Assembly: GCA_038845975.1 (NCBI GenBank)
Contig: JAWBQF010000006.1
Coordinates: forward strand, 36,703 to 100,702
Direction of reading: 5' to 3'
Length of the DNA: 64,000 nt
From: Candidatus Methanomethylicia archaeon
GTDB lineage: Archaea > Thermoproteota > Methanomethylicia > CALHIW01
The notes under the pieces were generated by a model. It searched no databases. It was not told where the DNA came from and was given only the letters and a program-made list of their open reading frames with translations. The position numbers and the translations under genes are program-made. Shown piece after piece: positions 10,793-22,271 of the stretch (positions are counted from its first letter, which is position 1; every line of letters starts with the position of its first letter).

Positions 10793-12229
10793 TTATTCGT
10801 ATGGTTTTTCAAATGGTTTAACATCGTGGGGTGCTATTTCATTCATACCGGCATGTGATATTAGAGCAACTCTAGCTTTCAATTTCATTTCAGCTATGTT
10901 TGCTGCTCCTACATATCCGAATGCTGTTTTAAGTCCAGCTATAAATCTATCTAGTATAGTGGTTACGTCGCCTCTATATGGTACAAGGCTTTCTATTCCT
11001 TCAGCTATGTCTTTTGATGGTTTACTATATCTATCAAGCGTGAATCTTTTCAGTCTTGCTGATGGGCTTCCCATTCCTCTATATATCTTGTAGATTTTAC
11101 CTCCTATCATCATGGTTGATCCAGGTGTCTCTTTAGTTCCAGCTAGAGCATAGCCAAGCATTACAGCATCAGCCCCCATAGCAAATGCCTTTGCAGCTTC
11201 TCCAGGTCCTCTTATACCTCCATCAGCTATTATAGCTACCTTACTTGAATATTTCTTTATTGCCTCATATGTTTTCGCTACAGCGTAGAGGGTTGGTGCT
11301 GCTACTCCAGTAACTTCACCGGTAGTACATATACTTCCACTTCCTATACCTACTCTAAGCCCTATAATATCAAGCCTACAAATAGCTTCCTCTGCAGCTT
11401 CATAGGTTCCTATGTTTCCAGCAATAACAGGAATATTTACTTCAGCTATTAATTTCTTAGTAGCGTTTATTACGTTTTCATTGTGGAAGTGGGCTACATC
11501 AATAACAAGAACATCCACATACGGTGCTAACGCTACCGCTCTATTAATATCGAATGGAGAGACTGCAGCACCAACTCTAAGTCTTCCCTCACTATCTCTT
11601 GCTGCAAAGGGATGTAGCTCCCTATGGAAAACATCCTTTGCAGTAATAAGCCCTACCAACTCTCCAAATTCATTTATAACTGGAAGCTTCTCAATCTTAT
11701 ATCTAGCCATTATTTTCCTAGCTTCTTGAGGAGTTATTTCAGGTCCTACAGTAATCGGATCCTTCGTCATTACTTCCTTAACTGAAAGATTACTATTCTC
11801 AGCAAAGTAGATATCTCTCCTAGTTACTATTCCTACTAGCCTCCTACTAACAACTACTGGAAGCCCTGAGATTCCATACTCCCTCATTAACCTTCTAGCT
11901 TCCTCCACACTATCTTCAGGAGAAACGGTTATTACATCTCTTATTATAAAGGATTCTACCCTCTTAACAGTCTTCACCATTTTAACCTGCTCCTCAACTG
12001 TACAGTTTCTATGAATAACTCCTAAACCCCCCATTCTAGCCATCGCTATCGCCATCTCCTCTTCAGTTACGGTATCCATAGGGGAAGATAGTATTGGAGT
12101 GGTAAGTACTATGCTTCCTATTCTTGTTGTTAAATCAATGTTTGAAGGCTCAACTTCAGTTTTACCTGGTAGGAGTATTACATCGTTAAATGTAAATGCA
12201 AAATCCATTTTATTAAAGCCTACATCCAT
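10793..12229 (-). CDS. guaB: IMP dehydrogenase with CBS pair
   Basis: FTFNDVILLP, SSPMDTVTE, CBS domains, catalytic GIGSGSICTT, IIADGG and YRGMGS. Confidence 0.95.
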   Translation of the reverse strand: MDVGFNKMDFAFTFNDVILLPGKTEVEPSNIDLTTRIGSIVLTTPILSSPMDTVTEEEMAIAMARMGGLGVIHRNCTVEEQVKMVKTVKRVESFIIRDVITVSPEDSVEEARRLMREYGISGLPVVVSRRLVGIVTRRDIYFAENSNLSVKEVMTKDPITVGPEITPQEARKIMARYKIEKLPVINEFGELVGLITAKDVFHRELHPFAARDSEGRLRVGAAVSPFDINRAVALAPYVDVLVIDVAHFHNENVINATKKLIAEVNIPVIAGNIGTYEAAEEAICRLDIIGLRVGIGSGSICTTGEVTGVAAPTLYAVAKTYEAIKKYSSKVAIIADGGIRGPGEAAKAFAMGADAVMLGYALAGTKETPGSTMMIGGKIYKIYRGMGSPSARLKRFTLDRYSKPSKDIAEGIESLVPYRGDVTTILDRFIAGLKTAFGYVGAANIAEMKLKARVALISHAGMNEIAPHDVKPFEKPYE

Positions 12230-12280
12230 ATTGAAAATGATTTTACAGTCTAATAAACCTTACTAACTTAATACTTGCTA

Positions 12281-12442
12281 TGTGAACCTTAGATGTGAAG
12301 TATATGTAGTTGATGGTTAATTCATGAAGATAATTAACAATTAAAGAAGATTCAGTATTTTAAAGCCGGCATCAATTTAAACCTTTAATTGAAATCTGAT
12401 GGAATATGGTTAAAGATGATATATACTTAAGTTCATAAATCC
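12281..12442. repeat. Two MITE right-end remnants
   Basis: TGTGAACCTTAGATG...GTAGTTGATGGTTAATTCATGAAG (12281-12329) and TACTTAAGTTCATAAATCC (to 12442) match the family right end. Confidence 0.4.
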
Positions 12443-13290
12443 TAATTCTTATCGTAAACTTAAATAATCAAATACTTCTACATAAGTTCAAATAGCCTTA
12501 ATACTGGCTATAAGCTGTTTAAGCTTAGTATAATGTGTTCTTGAATGTTACTAAATGGTTCAAGTCTTAACTCTAGGTCTACTATATGTTCTCCTACTAA
12601 CTCGGATGTTTAATAAGATGTGCTCTTACTATACTGATAGTTTAAAATTTAGAGGAGCTTAACAATATATAGGAAAAATTCTACTACTAAATTATTAATT
12701 AATAGGAGATGTTCCGTAACGATTTGAAGTAAGAATATTTCATATTGGAGCATTATGTGTAGGCGGTGAGGGATAGATACTTTACAGTAGTTGTTTCCTC
12801 CACTCTTCTAGTTTTCCTTTTTCTCAGCTATGTTCTTATAAACTCCTATATTTCATGTCTATTATATGGATTGAATTCTATAAATATAAGAATTTTAAGA
12901 CACCTATTGATGAAATAATTTCTATTTTTAAGAAGCTAGAATATTCTTCATATTCTCGGAATCATGGACAATATCTTAATGCCTAAATTTAATATGAATT
13001 ATACATCATCTATTTAAACTTTTTGAAGTTTAGAAAGTTTAATCTTTTAAGGCTTCTTGAAGAGCTTAATATTTCTATATTGAAGCAATACTTAAAGAAG
13101 TAAAGCATTACAGTTAATGGTTATTACTCTATATGAATGTTTTCTTTTACTGTAAATCTAATAACTTTAGCTATATCGTCACAATAAGTAAGGGAAGTTC
13201 TTAACAAAGCTCATAGGGCAAGGATTTTGGACGTGGTAACTCAGCATATTGTAGCTTCTTCTTAATTTGCTAGATTCAGGATTTTGACTC

Positions 13291-13343
13291 TGTAAACTTT
13301 AGATATGGGAAGTAAATGTAATTGATAGTTTAAGCTCACAAGG
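13291..13343. repeat. MITE right-end remnant abutting the dapA-like promoter
   Basis: TGTAAACTTTAGAT...GTAATTGATAGTTTAAGCTCACAAGG. Confidence 0.5.
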
Positions 13344-13383
13344 TGGATTTTAGCCGTAAAATTTATATGTTGGAGGGGAAATA

Positions 13384-14286
13384 TTGCTGGTTTTAGCTAT
13401 GGTGATTAAGTTAGAAGGCATTATGCCCCCAATACCAACTCCATTTACTTCTACTGGAGATTTTGATGAGGGAAAGTTTAGAAATCTGATTAAATGGTAT
13501 ATTAATATTGGTGTTCATGGTATTGCGATTTGTGGAAGTACTGGTGAAGGCTACGCTATTCTACCTGATGAGTATGTAAGGATATGTGAAGTAGCTGTAA
13601 GCGAGGTTAAAGGTAGAGTACCTGTAATTGCTGGTATTATAGTTAATTCCCTTAAGCAAGCATTAGTATACGGTGAAGTAGCTAAGAGTAAGGGCGTTGA
13701 TGCTTTAATGGTAACACCTCCACACTACATCTTCATCCCAAATGAAGAGGGGCTTTACCAGTACTTTAAGACAATAGCGGAAACACTTAACATGCCACTA
13801 ATAATCTACAATGTAGTACCTCATGTACCAGTTCCATTAAATGTGGTTTTAAGACTTACCAATACAGTAAAGCAGCTAGTTGGAATTAAGCAGAGTAGAG
13901 GAGATATTAGTGGTCTTGCTGATTTAGTTAAGGCTGTAGGGGATAAGGTATCAATAATGTCTGCAATAGACGACTTATTATATCCATCATTCATACTTGG
14001 CGCTAAAGGATCTATTGCTGGAATATGTACAGCAGCACCAGACTTATCCATTGATCTATATTATGCGGTGAAAAGAGGAGACCATATGGAAGCGCTTGAA
14101 ATACATGGTAAACTACTAGCAATATGGAGAGCTATTGGTCAGCAGGATATGCCTGCAAGAGTAAAAGCATTACTAGAATTAAGAGGAATACCAGCGGGAT
14201 ATCCTAGAAAACCAATACTACCGCTATCTGAAAGTGTTAGGGAAGAATTAAGAAAAGTACTAATTAATACAGGTATACTAAAATAA
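13384..14286 (+). CDS. Dihydrodipicolinate synthase (DapA/NanA)-family aldolase
   Basis: CGSTGEG, IIYNV and Schiff-base GIKQS. Real start is probably ATG 13399. Confidence 0.85.
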   Translation: MLVLAMVIKLEGIMPPIPTPFTSTGDFDEGKFRNLIKWYINIGVHGIAICGSTGEGYAILPDEYVRICEVAVSEVKGRVPVIAGIIVNSLKQALVYGEVAKSKGVDALMVTPPHYIFIPNEEGLYQYFKTIAETLNMPLIIYNVVPHVPVPLNVVLRLTNTVKQLVGIKQSRGDISGLADLVKAVGDKVSIMSAIDDLLYPSFILGAKGSIAGICTAAPDLSIDLYYAVKRGDHMEALEIHGKLLAIWRAIGQQDMPARVKALLELRGIPAGYPRKPILPLSESVREELRKVLINTGILK

Positions 14287-14580
14287 TGCTTCATTAATTT
14301 ATTATCGTAGATAATAGATTAGTGTAGCATAAGGTACTTCATATATTTAAATCTTAATATTCTAAGCAAGTTTATGAAGGCTTACTCTATAGACTTCATG
14401 AATTTAGGGTATACTACCTCTTAACAATAGGATACTAATAGAGTTCTAATTAATGGTTATGTTTAGTTAGAGTTTTCATAAATCATTATTATCTAAATTC
14501 TCCACTATTCAGTCATAAGGGAAAGTCTATGTTAACTCTTTCCACTGATGGAGTTTATGGCTTCTAATCTGTTAGCGGTC

Positions 14581-14624
14581 TTGTGGACTTTACTTATATA
14601 GCTGATGGTTCAAGTTCACGGAGC
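14581..14624. repeat. MITE right-end remnant abutting the eno promoter
   Basis: TATATAGCTGATGGTTCAAGTTCACGGAGC, followed by TATA-like AAACTTATAA at 14641. Confidence 0.5.
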
Positions 14625-14678
14625 AATGCTATTTAGCAAAAAACTTATAATTATGTTTTTAGAATTATCTTGATCTAG

Positions 14679-15962
14679 ATGAGTTCAAGGATAAGTAGGG
14701 TTAGGGGAAGAGAGATTTTAGATTCAAGAGGGAATCCAACTGTAGAGGCTGAGGTTATATTGGAAAGTGGAGATGTAGGTGTAGCATCCGTACCCTCAGG
14801 AGCATCTACGGGGAAGTTTGAGGCTTTCGAATTAAGAGATGGGGATAAGAAGAGGTTTAATGGAAGAGGAGTATTAATCGCGGTTAGAAACATTAATAAT
14901 GTTATTTCAAAGGCTTTAATTGGAAGAGATTCATTAAATCAGGAGGAAATCGATAAGGTAATGATAGAGCTTGATGGAACGGAGCGGAAGGAGAAGCTTG
15001 GAGGAAATGCAATTCTAGCAGTTTCTCTCGCTAACATAAAGGCAGCTGCAATATATAGGAGGATACCACTATATAGATATATTGAGGATAGGGAAGAATA
15101 TATTATACCTGTCCCCCTAATGAATATAATAAACGGTGGAAAACATGCAGGAAATAAGCTTTCCATACAGGAGTTTATGATAATTCCATATGGGGTTGAA
15201 AACTTCATGGAGGCTTTAAGGCTAGGTGTTGAAACATACTACAAGCTTAAATCCATACTTAAGGATAAGTACGGCTCCTCAGCAGTTAATGTAGGTGATG
15301 AAGGTGGATTTACACCACAAATAGATAATACGAGAGAAGCATTATCATTACTAGTTGAGGCTATTAATGCTTCAGGATATACTGAGAAGGAAATAGCATT
15401 AGGGATTGATGCTGCAGCATCATCATTCTACGATGATGAAAACCATAAGTATAGAATAGATGGATTAATGTTAACAGGAAATGAGCTTATTGACTACTAC
15501 TCTATGTTAATTAATGAATTCCCCATAGTTTCCGTAGAGGATCCATTCCATGAGGAGGATTATGATAGCTTCAAAGAATTTACTGAAAAATTTAGAAATA
15601 AGATTCAGATAGTTGGTGATGATATATTTGTAACAAATAAGAAAAGACTTGAAATCGGTATAGAGAAAGGTATTGCTAATACTCTCTTATTTAAGGTAAA
15701 TCAAATCGGTACTGTAACAGAAGCTTTTGAAACAATGAAGATAGCTATAATGAACAATTATAGAGTAATTGTAAGTCATAGATCTGGAGAAACTGAGGAT
15801 AACTATATAGCTGATATAGCTGTCGGTAAAAGTGTTGGGCAAATAAAGACTGGAGCCCCATGTAGAGGGGAGAGAATAGCTAAATACAATAGATTAATTA
15901 GGATAAATGAGGAGCTTGAAGATAAGGCTAAATATATTGGAAGAAAATTATTCAATCCCTAA
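14679..15962 (+). CDS. eno: Enolase (phosphopyruvate hydratase)
   Basis: REILDSRGNPTVE, VPSGASTG, GDEGGF, VSHRSGETED and QIKTGAP. Confidence 0.97.
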   Translation: MSSRISRVRGREILDSRGNPTVEAEVILESGDVGVASVPSGASTGKFEAFELRDGDKKRFNGRGVLIAVRNINNVISKALIGRDSLNQEEIDKVMIELDGTERKEKLGGNAILAVSLANIKAAAIYRRIPLYRYIEDREEYIIPVPLMNIINGGKHAGNKLSIQEFMIIPYGVENFMEALRLGVETYYKLKSILKDKYGSSAVNVGDEGGFTPQIDNTREALSLLVEAINASGYTEKEIALGIDAAASSFYDDENHKYRIDGLMLTGNELIDYYSMLINEFPIVSVEDPFHEEDYDSFKEFTEKFRNKIQIVGDDIFVTNKKRLEIGIEKGIANTLLFKVNQIGTVTEAFETMKIAIMNNYRVIVSHRSGETEDNYIADIAVGKSVGQIKTGAPCRGERIAKYNRLIRINEELEDKAKYIGRKLFNP

Positions 15963-16059
15963 CTAATAATTAAACTTCAATACAGGATTACTTCTTAGTA
16001 GAAAGCTTATTATTTATCCATCTATTGTTGCTTATTAGATTCCAGAATGAATTATAAAG

Positions 16060-16631
16060 CATGGCTTTACTCTAGGTTTACTCATTTAATTATGACAAGA
16101 GTCGTTAAGCTTGTTAGAAAGGAATCATCTACTCTAATTGTTATCTTACATATTTTCATTCATCTAAGACAACTTCAGATATTCTAAGCTTATTACTGTA
16201 AAGATGTAAATTTTAGATATTTAAGCTTCTTGAATCTAATAGAGGAAGACCGGATTTGATTTTAATGATGCCATTACTAGATTCTAAAGATAAGTATTTT
16301 GCTTTAAGTCTTATTAAGGAAGATAATTTACATATGAATTTAGTTGCAAATACACTATTATCCCTATAAATTAACATAACTCTGTATTAATTAATGGAGT
16401 GTTATAGAGTTAATGTAAAATACTGATTAGAAACATATAGTTTAGAATTAGAAATTTGGAGTTAAATAGTATTAAGGATAAATTAAACTCTTAACAATTA
16501 CATGATGATGAGAACGTAATTATGAATAGTATTGCTAAACGGAATATGAATTAATGAAAAGATAAATGTTAAGTATCATGGAGAAACAATACTTAAATAG
16601 AGATGATAAGATACGCCTAAGTTCACGAGAC
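16060..16631. mobile_element. Decayed copy of the long non-autonomous IS903-like element (left boundary approximate)
   Basis: Shares CTTCAGATATTCTAAGCTTA.TACTGTA.AGAT...TTTAGATA.TTAAGCTTCT and GTTTAGAATTA with 21489-22271. Right end CGCCTAAGTTCACGAGAC. Confidence 0.65.
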
Positions 16632-16716
16632 ACATGGCTTGAAAGTTAGATTTATATAGGTAGCTAATTGACATCTAGCAGTTTATAGCTTAGAATACTT
16701 CTTTACAGGTGGAAGC

Positions 16717-18141
16717 TTGTCTATTAAACCGCTTATAGAGCCGGAGAGCGTAGCAGTAGTTGGAGCATCCAGGAATCCTGCAAAGCTTGGAGCTATAGTA
16801 CTTAGAAACCTGATTAATTTAGGTTTTAACGGCCGTATCTATCCAGTTAATCCGAATGCTAATGAGATCATGGGCTTAAAAGCATACCCCTCCGTTAAGA
16901 GTATTCCTGATAATGTTGATTTAGCAGTTATAGTGGTTCCAGCTCCGCAAGTTCTAGATGTTGTAAGGGATTGTGTTGAGAAGAAGGTTAAGGGAATCGT
17001 TATTATTTCATCGGGATTTAAAGATATTGGGGATAAGGGTGCGGTTATTGAGGAACAAATTGTTGAATTAGCTAGGAAGGCTGGAATCCGAATATTTGGA
17101 CCTAACACAACAGGTCTCCTTAACACTTCTAAGAAGCTTGCAACAACCTTTGTTCCATTATTTGAGTTGAGGAAGGGTAATGTATCAATTATTGCTCAAA
17201 CAGGCTTATTTGCTGGAGCTATGCTTGAATGGCTTGCAACATCTCAAAAGTTTGGAGTTAGTAAGGTTATTGGTTTAGGTAATAAATGTGATGTTGATGA
17301 TGCTGAGGCTTTAGAGTATCTAGGCATTGATCCTGAGACACATGTTATCTTAATGTATGTCGAAGGAGTTAAGGATGGGAGAAGATTTATTGAGGCTGCA
17401 CGGCAAGTTGTAGGAAGGAAACCTATTATAATTCTGAAATCTGGACGAACAGAAGCAGGTGCAAAAGCAGCATTAACACATACAGGCTCTTTAACTGGAA
17501 GTAGTCAAATATTCAATGCTGTATGTAGACAGTTAGGATTGATTCAAGTATTAAGCTTTGAGGAGATGGTTGATCTTGCTAAAGCCTTTACCTTTCTACC
17601 ACTACCTAGAGGAAATAGAGTTGCTATTGCATCCATTACAGGTGCAGGATCAGTACTAGCTGCCGACTCATGTATTGAACATGGACTTACTATAGCTCAG
17701 CTATCAAATAAATCAATTGAAATAATTCAATCTCATTTACCACCATGGAGTAAGGCGTCTCATCCAATAGATCTTGAGCCTCTCGTTGAGAACATGAATA
17801 AAGCAATTGAAGCTTATAGGTTAGCTTTAAATACAGCATTAAGTGATGGAAACGTTGACTCCATGCTAGCAGTTCTACTTGCATCTCACGAATACTGGAG
17901 AGATTCAAAGTTCTGGGTTGATGAGGAAGAGTTAAGAAAAACATTTATAGAGCTTAAAAGAACATATTCTGAAAAACCTCTAGTAATACATTTAATGGGT
18001 GGGAAACCAGCTGTTGATCGATGGACTGAAATTCTTGAGGAAACCGGAATCCCTGTATACTCATCAATAGAGCGAGGAATAAAAGCATTAGCTACACTAG
18101 CTAGCTATGCTAAAACTAAAGTAGCATATACAGTACAGTAA
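16717..18141 (+). CDS. ADP-forming acyl-CoA synthetase (acetate-CoA ligase) alpha subunit
   Basis: PESVAVVGAS CoA-binding domain, RIFGPNT, GLGNKCDV, KSGRT and phospho-His region THTGSL. No beta subunit in the window. Confidence 0.85.
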   Translation: MSIKPLIEPESVAVVGASRNPAKLGAIVLRNLINLGFNGRIYPVNPNANEIMGLKAYPSVKSIPDNVDLAVIVVPAPQVLDVVRDCVEKKVKGIVIISSGFKDIGDKGAVIEEQIVELARKAGIRIFGPNTTGLLNTSKKLATTFVPLFELRKGNVSIIAQTGLFAGAMLEWLATSQKFGVSKVIGLGNKCDVDDAEALEYLGIDPETHVILMYVEGVKDGRRFIEAARQVVGRKPIIILKSGRTEAGAKAALTHTGSLTGSSQIFNAVCRQLGLIQVLSFEEMVDLAKAFTFLPLPRGNRVAIASITGAGSVLAADSCIEHGLTIAQLSNKSIEIIQSHLPPWSKASHPIDLEPLVENMNKAIEAYRLALNTALSDGNVDSMLAVLLASHEYWRDSKFWVDEEELRKTFIELKRTYSEKPLVIHLMGGKPAVDRWTEILEETGIPVYSSIERGIKALATLASYAKTKVAYTVQ

Positions 18142-18197
18142 TAGTATCTATGGAATCTAATAATTCATTATTGAGATGTTGAATTACTTGATTAGGA

Positions 18198-19190
18198 TTA
18201 CATATTCAGATTGTTAAGCCTGTACTTCATTACTATTTCTTTTAGGGTTTCAAGTGTTATGTTTCCACCACTAAGAATTAAAGCTACCTTCATGTTTCTA
18301 ATTTGGTTTTTCAGTTTTAAAGCTGCAGCTGTTGAAGCTGCTCCTGCCCCTTCAGCTAGTTGATGTGTTACTTCAAGTAATAGGAGAATTGCCTTAGCTA
18401 TCTCCTCATCACTTACAAGAACCATATTGTCGAGAAGCCTCCACATAATGTCTAATGTTAGCTCAAACGGTGCTCTTGTAGCTAGTCCTTCAGCAAATGT
18501 ATTTATTGATTCTGTTGTAGTTATTTTCTTATTTCTCCATGAGAGATATACTGCCGGAGCACCTTCAGCCTGTACTCCAATAACTTTTATTTTAGGATTT
18601 ATTGTTTTAGCTACAATACAAGCCGCTGAAGCTCCGCTTCCCCCACCTACAGGGCATATTATAGCATCTACATCTGGAAGATCTTCAAGAACTTCCAGAT
18701 ATAGTGTTCCAACACCTGAAATTAAATAAGGTTCATTTCCTGAATGTATGTAGCAGTAGCCCTGCCTAATAGCTTCCCTCTCAGTCCATTCTTTAGCCTC
18801 ATCAAAGTCCCTACCATGAAATACTACTTCAGCTCCAAGATCTCTTATGGCTTGAGCCTTAAACGGATTTGCCTTCTCAGGCATAACTATTACTGCTTTA
18901 GCATTAAATATTGATGCCGCATAAGCTATGGATAATCCATGATTCCCAGTTGAAACAGCTATAACTCCCCTTCTTAATTCATTAGGTGAAAGCTTTGAAA
19001 TTACGTTTACTCCTCCCCTAACCTTAAATGCACCTGTAACCTGTATGTTCTCGCATTTAATATATGCTTCACATCCTAGAATTCTAGAGAGCTGTCTTGA
19101 ATATATTAATGGCGTCCTCCTAATATGTTTAGAAACTATTTTTCTAGCTTCCAATACATCACGTAGTGATGGATACATATATAACCCCAC
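18198..19190 (-). CDS. Threonine/serine dehydratase (PLP, fold type II), no regulatory domain
   Basis: KCENIQVTGAFKVRG, STGNHG, PVGGGSG, EGAGAAS and ILSGGN. Confidence 0.88.
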   Translation of the reverse strand: MGLYMYPSLRDVLEARKIVSKHIRRTPLIYSRQLSRILGCEAYIKCENIQVTGAFKVRGGVNVISKLSPNELRRGVIAVSTGNHGLSIAYAASIFNAKAVIVMPEKANPFKAQAIRDLGAEVVFHGRDFDEAKEWTEREAIRQGYCYIHSGNEPYLISGVGTLYLEVLEDLPDVDAIICPVGGGSGASAACIVAKTINPKIKVIGVQAEGAPAVYLSWRNKKITTTESINTFAEGLATRAPFELTLDIMWRLLDNMVLVSDEEIAKAILLLLEVTHQLAEGAGAASTAAALKLKNQIRNMKVALILSGGNITLETLKEIVMKYRLNNLNM

Positions 19191-20419
19191 TAAAGTAGAG
19201 GTATAAGTGTAAATACTATAGCATCAGCAACTATGTTCTCTATTTTTGTATATTCGTTTGGCTGATGAGCAAGCTCATCAATAGTACTCCATACAGCTGC
19301 ATGTATACCTCTTCTTCTGAATAATGCAGCAACTGTTCCCCCACCTATCCCTATGGTTTTAGGCTTTATCCCTCTTGAAAGCTCTATAGCCTCTCTAAGT
19401 CTAGAAACAACTTCACTATCCTCAGGTGTTGGTGGTGGAGAATCAATCCTTAAAACAGCTTCAACATCTATTCTTACACCATACCTTCCCTCAAACTCAG
19501 CTTTTAACATGTTAACATCCTTTAAAACCATATCTACATCATATCTTGGAAGTATACGGCAGTCAAAATATATAGTATCAATTCCTGGAATTGTATTTAT
19601 ATTTTGTACGTTAAGATCTTTTCTTGTAGGTTCAAACGTTGATTCTTGAGGAGTAAATATAGAGTCTTTATCAACGTATTTTTCATGGAGGTATTCATCA
19701 ATTCTTAAAGCATACATCATTCCAATTCTATGGGCATTCAATCCCTTATGAGGTGTACTTCCATGGGTTTGCTTACCGTAAGTAGTTATTTTAAGCCATA
19801 ATACGCTTTTTTCAGCTATCTCTATTTTCGATCCATTACGAGACCCTGAATCCGGAACTATAATTAAGTCTTCAGGCTTGAAGAATCCCATATCTAATAA
19901 GTATTTCAATCCATAATGGCTTCCAGCCTCCTCGTCAGATACAAATACAGCACCAAAATTGAATTTAGGCTTAACCTTTAGCATTTTTAATATTTTTAAA
20001 GCCATCATGGATGAAGCTATTGCTTGACCATTATCTTCAGCTCCCCTAGCATATATTTTCCCATCCTTAACTACAGGTTTAAACGGATCAGTACTCCAAA
20101 GCCTTAAGTCTCCCTCCGGAACAGTATCAAGATGTGAGACAATCCAAATACTTCTAGAAGTATTATCTCCCTTAATAACTCCAATAATGTTAGGTCTTAA
20201 ACCCTCAGGAACTCTACTATCATGAACATTAATACATTCCAAAACATCAAGACCATAACTACTAAGAATTCTATATAGAGTTTCACCACGCTTAAACTCT
20301 CCCTCACCACCCATAGATGGATTTACTGCTTTAATACTTAAAACATTAAGGAAATCGTTAATAACAGAATCCCTAAGCATATCAGCATATTCTCTAACAA
20401 TGTTTAACAATTCACTCAT
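19190..20419 (-). CDS. M20-family metallohydrolase (DapE/ArgE-like)
   Basis: SHLDTVP, ARGAEDNG, DEEAGS, HGSTP and AHQPNE. Confidence 0.9.
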   Translation of the reverse strand: MSELLNIVREYADMLRDSVINDFLNVLSIKAVNPSMGGEGEFKRGETLYRILSSYGLDVLECINVHDSRVPEGLRPNIIGVIKGDNTSRSIWIVSHLDTVPEGDLRLWSTDPFKPVVKDGKIYARGAEDNGQAIASSMMALKILKMLKVKPKFNFGAVFVSDEEAGSHYGLKYLLDMGFFKPEDLIIVPDSGSRNGSKIEIAEKSVLWLKITTYGKQTHGSTPHKGLNAHRIGMMYALRIDEYLHEKYVDKDSIFTPQESTFEPTRKDLNVQNINTIPGIDTIYFDCRILPRYDVDMVLKDVNMLKAEFEGRYGVRIDVEAVLRIDSPPPTPEDSEVVSRLREAIELSRGIKPKTIGIGGGTVAALFRRRGIHAAVWSTIDELAHQPNEYTKIENIVADAIVFTLIPLL

Positions 20420-20855
20420 AACAACACCTATAATAGAAGTAAATAAATCTAGTGTTAAATAGCTAGATAGCTGCTTGATAAACTATATTTACTATGCTTA
20501 CAACTTAATTCTTAATCTGTATAGGGGGAAATATTAATAATTATTCTTGTAGGAAATACTCCATAATTCTCCGTTAGTATTTAGCTCTGGATAAACATTA
20601 GCTATGAGGAAATTGGAAGATTTGATGAAAGTATAAATAAGTAAATTACTAGGAGCAGTTTACTATAGATTAACTTGTAGATAAGCTTCTAATTCTTAAA
20701 GACTTGTAGTCATCTATAAATATGTAAAGTCAAGTTAAGGAATCTTATAGCTGTAAAAAAGTATTCTAAGCTTATTTAAGATATTTAGTCAAAGAGAAAT
20801 CTTCTACAAGATATTTATTGAAAAAGCTTAAATATGAGATTAAGAATTCTACTTT

Positions 20856-21098
20856 ATGGCTGAAGCATTCATACTTATAAATACTGAGATAGGAGCTGAA
20901 GAGGAAGTTTTAAAGAAGCTTAAAAGCATTGATGGAGTTAAAGAAACATGCATGGTTTACGGTGTTTACGATATTATAGCTAAGATAGAAGCTGAAGATC
21001 TTGATAAGCTTAAAGATATTGTAACGTGGAGAATTAGAAGACTTGACAAGGTTAGAAGTACAATTACAATGATTGTTGCATCAAGAAGAAAACCCTAA
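20856..21098 (+). CDS. Stand-alone Lrp/AsnC ligand-binding (RAM) domain protein
   Basis: 80 aa with AFILIN...VYGVYDIIAKI...STITMI. TATA-like CTTAAATA about 25 nt upstream. Confidence 0.9.
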   Translation: MAEAFILINTEIGAEEEVLKKLKSIDGVKETCMVYGVYDIIAKIEAEDLDKLKDIVTWRIRRLDKVRSTITMIVASRRKP

Positions 21099-21145
21099 CA
21101 ATTACTAGAATTCCTCCAGTAGGAATCTATATTCTACTTAGTAAA

Positions 21146-21436
21146 TTATGCTTTAGATATTTTTCCATATTTACCTACATTAACCTGAATTTTTCCTCGA
21201 AACGTTGTTGTATATCCATTACTAATAACTACAGTATCCCCTACTGAGAAACGATTAATCTGCTCGTTCCAAAGACTTAGCTGAATAGTTCCAGTTTCAT
21301 CCTGTACCGTGGCGTCAGCAACCCTAGCAGAACCAAACCTTGTACTTACATTTCTAGGCTCTGAAACCTCTATAATCTTTACTTTAAGATTTACATTTCT
21401 CATTCCCGGTTTTAAATCAGAAATTTTCAAATACAA
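21146..21436 (-). CDS. ssb: Single-OB-fold single-stranded DNA-binding protein (crenarchaeal SSB-like)
   Basis: KISDLKPG..VNLKVKI...VADATVQDETGTIQLSLW...NGYTTTFRG..QVNVGKYG. GAGGTGA RBS at the start. Confidence 0.85.
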   Translation of the reverse strand: MYLKISDLKPGMRNVNLKVKIIEVSEPRNVSTRFGSARVADATVQDETGTIQLSLWNEQINRFSVGDTVVISNGYTTTFRGKIQVNVGKYGKISKA

Positions 21437-21488
21437 TCACCTCACAATCTATCTCTAACTCTATATATAAAGATTTTGGGTTTGAGGA

Positions 21489-22271
21489 GGCTTTGTTAAT
21501 TTTAGCTTTATTTTGGAGTTTTCTCCCTTATTCATAGTGTTAGTATGGTTAAAGTTACTAGATTTGTTAGAGAGAAGTCCGTTTACTCTAGCTTTATGGT
21601 GCTTATATTTCAGTTCATTTAGAATGGCTTCAGATATTCTAAGCTTACTACTGTAGAGATCTATATCGTCATGATTTAGATATTAAGCTTCTATTGAGTT
21701 TGGTTGTTATGTTTGATGATACTATTATAAGTTAGGTTCTATGAGGGAGATTGTTATGTTAATGAGTCATTATTGAGGAGGATTCTATGCATTGTTTGTG
21801 ATTTTGTAAATATACTTATATCACTAACATTCCCAGCTTTGTGGCTTAATATTCATTTCTCGTAATCTATATCATTAAATACTATGGTTATAGGAATGCT
21901 TATTAAGCTTTTCGTACTTTATGTAAACTTGAATTTGCAAAATTTCGGAATTAAGCCACAAAGCAACATTCCCTAGAAAAATAAAGACTATATATAGTTC
22001 TAATATAATTTATTTAGCGATGGAGCTCATTATAATAGCATGTAAATATGAATTTAAACATGGTACAGTTTAGAATTAATTGAGAGAATCATAAGTTAAA
22101 TAGATAAATTATTTAATAATCATATCATGCATTAGGAAAGTGTTATAGTGTAATGTATTACTAAAATCAATAATATAGCTAAAACATGGATTAATAGAGG
22201 TTAAAGTCAAAGAATTCATATAAGATACAATATAAAATAGAGATAATAAACATGCTTAAATTCACAAAGCC
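21489..22271. mobile_element. Non-autonomous IS903-like (IS5 family) element, 783 bp including a nested MITE
   Basis: 18-bp TIRs GGCTTTGTTAATTTTAGC / GCTTAAATTCACAAAGCC (16/18 match). Flanking direct repeat TTTGAGGA at 21481-21488 and 22272-22279. No ORF. Confidence 0.85.
21835..21964. mobile_element. 130-bp MITE nested in the larger element
   Basis: Perfect 15-bp TIR GCTTTGTGGCTTAAT / ATTAAGCCACAAAGC. 9-bp target duplication AACATTCCC (21826-21834, 21965-21973). The homologous site near 9051 lacks the insert. Confidence 0.9.
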
